From Hespellia sp. (lineage in GTDB: Bacteria; Bacillota; Clostridia; Lachnospirales; Lachnospiraceae): DNA of 24,000 nt. The stretch's first letter is position 1; every line of letters starts with the position of its first letter. Where the stretch lies: positions 24,846 through 48,845 of the forward strand of contig JAQUVD010000026.1 of NCBI GenBank assembly GCA_028693555.1. Direction: 5' to 3'. A program made the translations under genes and the position numbers. The notes beneath the pieces were generated by a model. It was not told where the DNA came from and did no database searches. It saw only the letters and a list, made by a program, of their open reading frames with translations. Shown piece by piece: positions 23,958 to 24,000 of this stretch.

Positions 23958-24000
23958 ATGAACATACAATTTTATCAAACCATCCTGCCAATGCTGTTTT
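23958..24000 (+). CDS. Start of a probable amino-acid ABC transporter permease (truncated by the window end)
   Basis: ATG 23958 preceded by GAGAGGAAAGGA. The 14 visible codons, MNIQFYQTILPMLF, are hydrophobic. The call rests mainly on operon context. Confidence 0.4.
   Translation, partial: MNIQFYQTILPMLF

Noticed and set aside
1-24000. Mobile elements, CRISPR arrays, prophage or defence-system genes
   Set aside because: Reading both strands, I found no direct-repeat/spacer arrays, inverted terminal repeats, or transposase, integrase or recombinase-like ORFs. Every long ORF has a metabolic or housekeeping assignment.

Overview
The window looks like chromosomal DNA from an anaerobic Firmicute of the Clostridia type. 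The basis is AGGAGG-type ribosome-binding sites, a T-box leader, and glycyl-radical and Stickland-fermentation genes.

Left third: a conserved housekeeping block. It holds a DAACS-family symporter (-), then eno, secG, rnr, smpB and an AlkD-like DNA-alkylation repair protein (+). No tmRNA gene follows smpB.

Centre: one tightly packed plus-strand operon. It encodes a radical-SAM activase, a glycyl radical enzyme best explained as trans-4-hydroxy-L-proline dehydratase (HypD), P5C reductase (proC), selA and selB. A Trp-specifier (UGG) T-box leader follows, driving a three-gene COG2984/COG4120/COG1101-type ABC transporter.

Right: a convergent minus-strand block of lysR-type regulator, tRNA-Sec (selC), prdC, prdA, a small conserved ORF and prdB. 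prdB carries an in-frame UGA (Sec) that the ORF track splits into two ORFs, and a candidate SECIS hairpin lies 14 nt downstream. The window ends with a polar-amino-acid ABC transporter (binding protein plus the first codons of a permease).

I saw no CRISPR array, transposase, integrase, rRNA or recognisable defence genes.

The most interesting signal is organisational. A Hyp -> P5C -> Pro -> 5-aminovalerate route sits in one neighbourhood with three of the components needed to decode Sec (selA, selB, selC). selAB are translationally coupled to proC, and selC lies 21 nt upstream of the prdC start. Several leaders (hypD operon, lysR, the right-hand ABC operon) show a predicted promoter followed almost immediately by a strong intrinsic-terminator-like hairpin. 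These may be uncharacterised attenuators.
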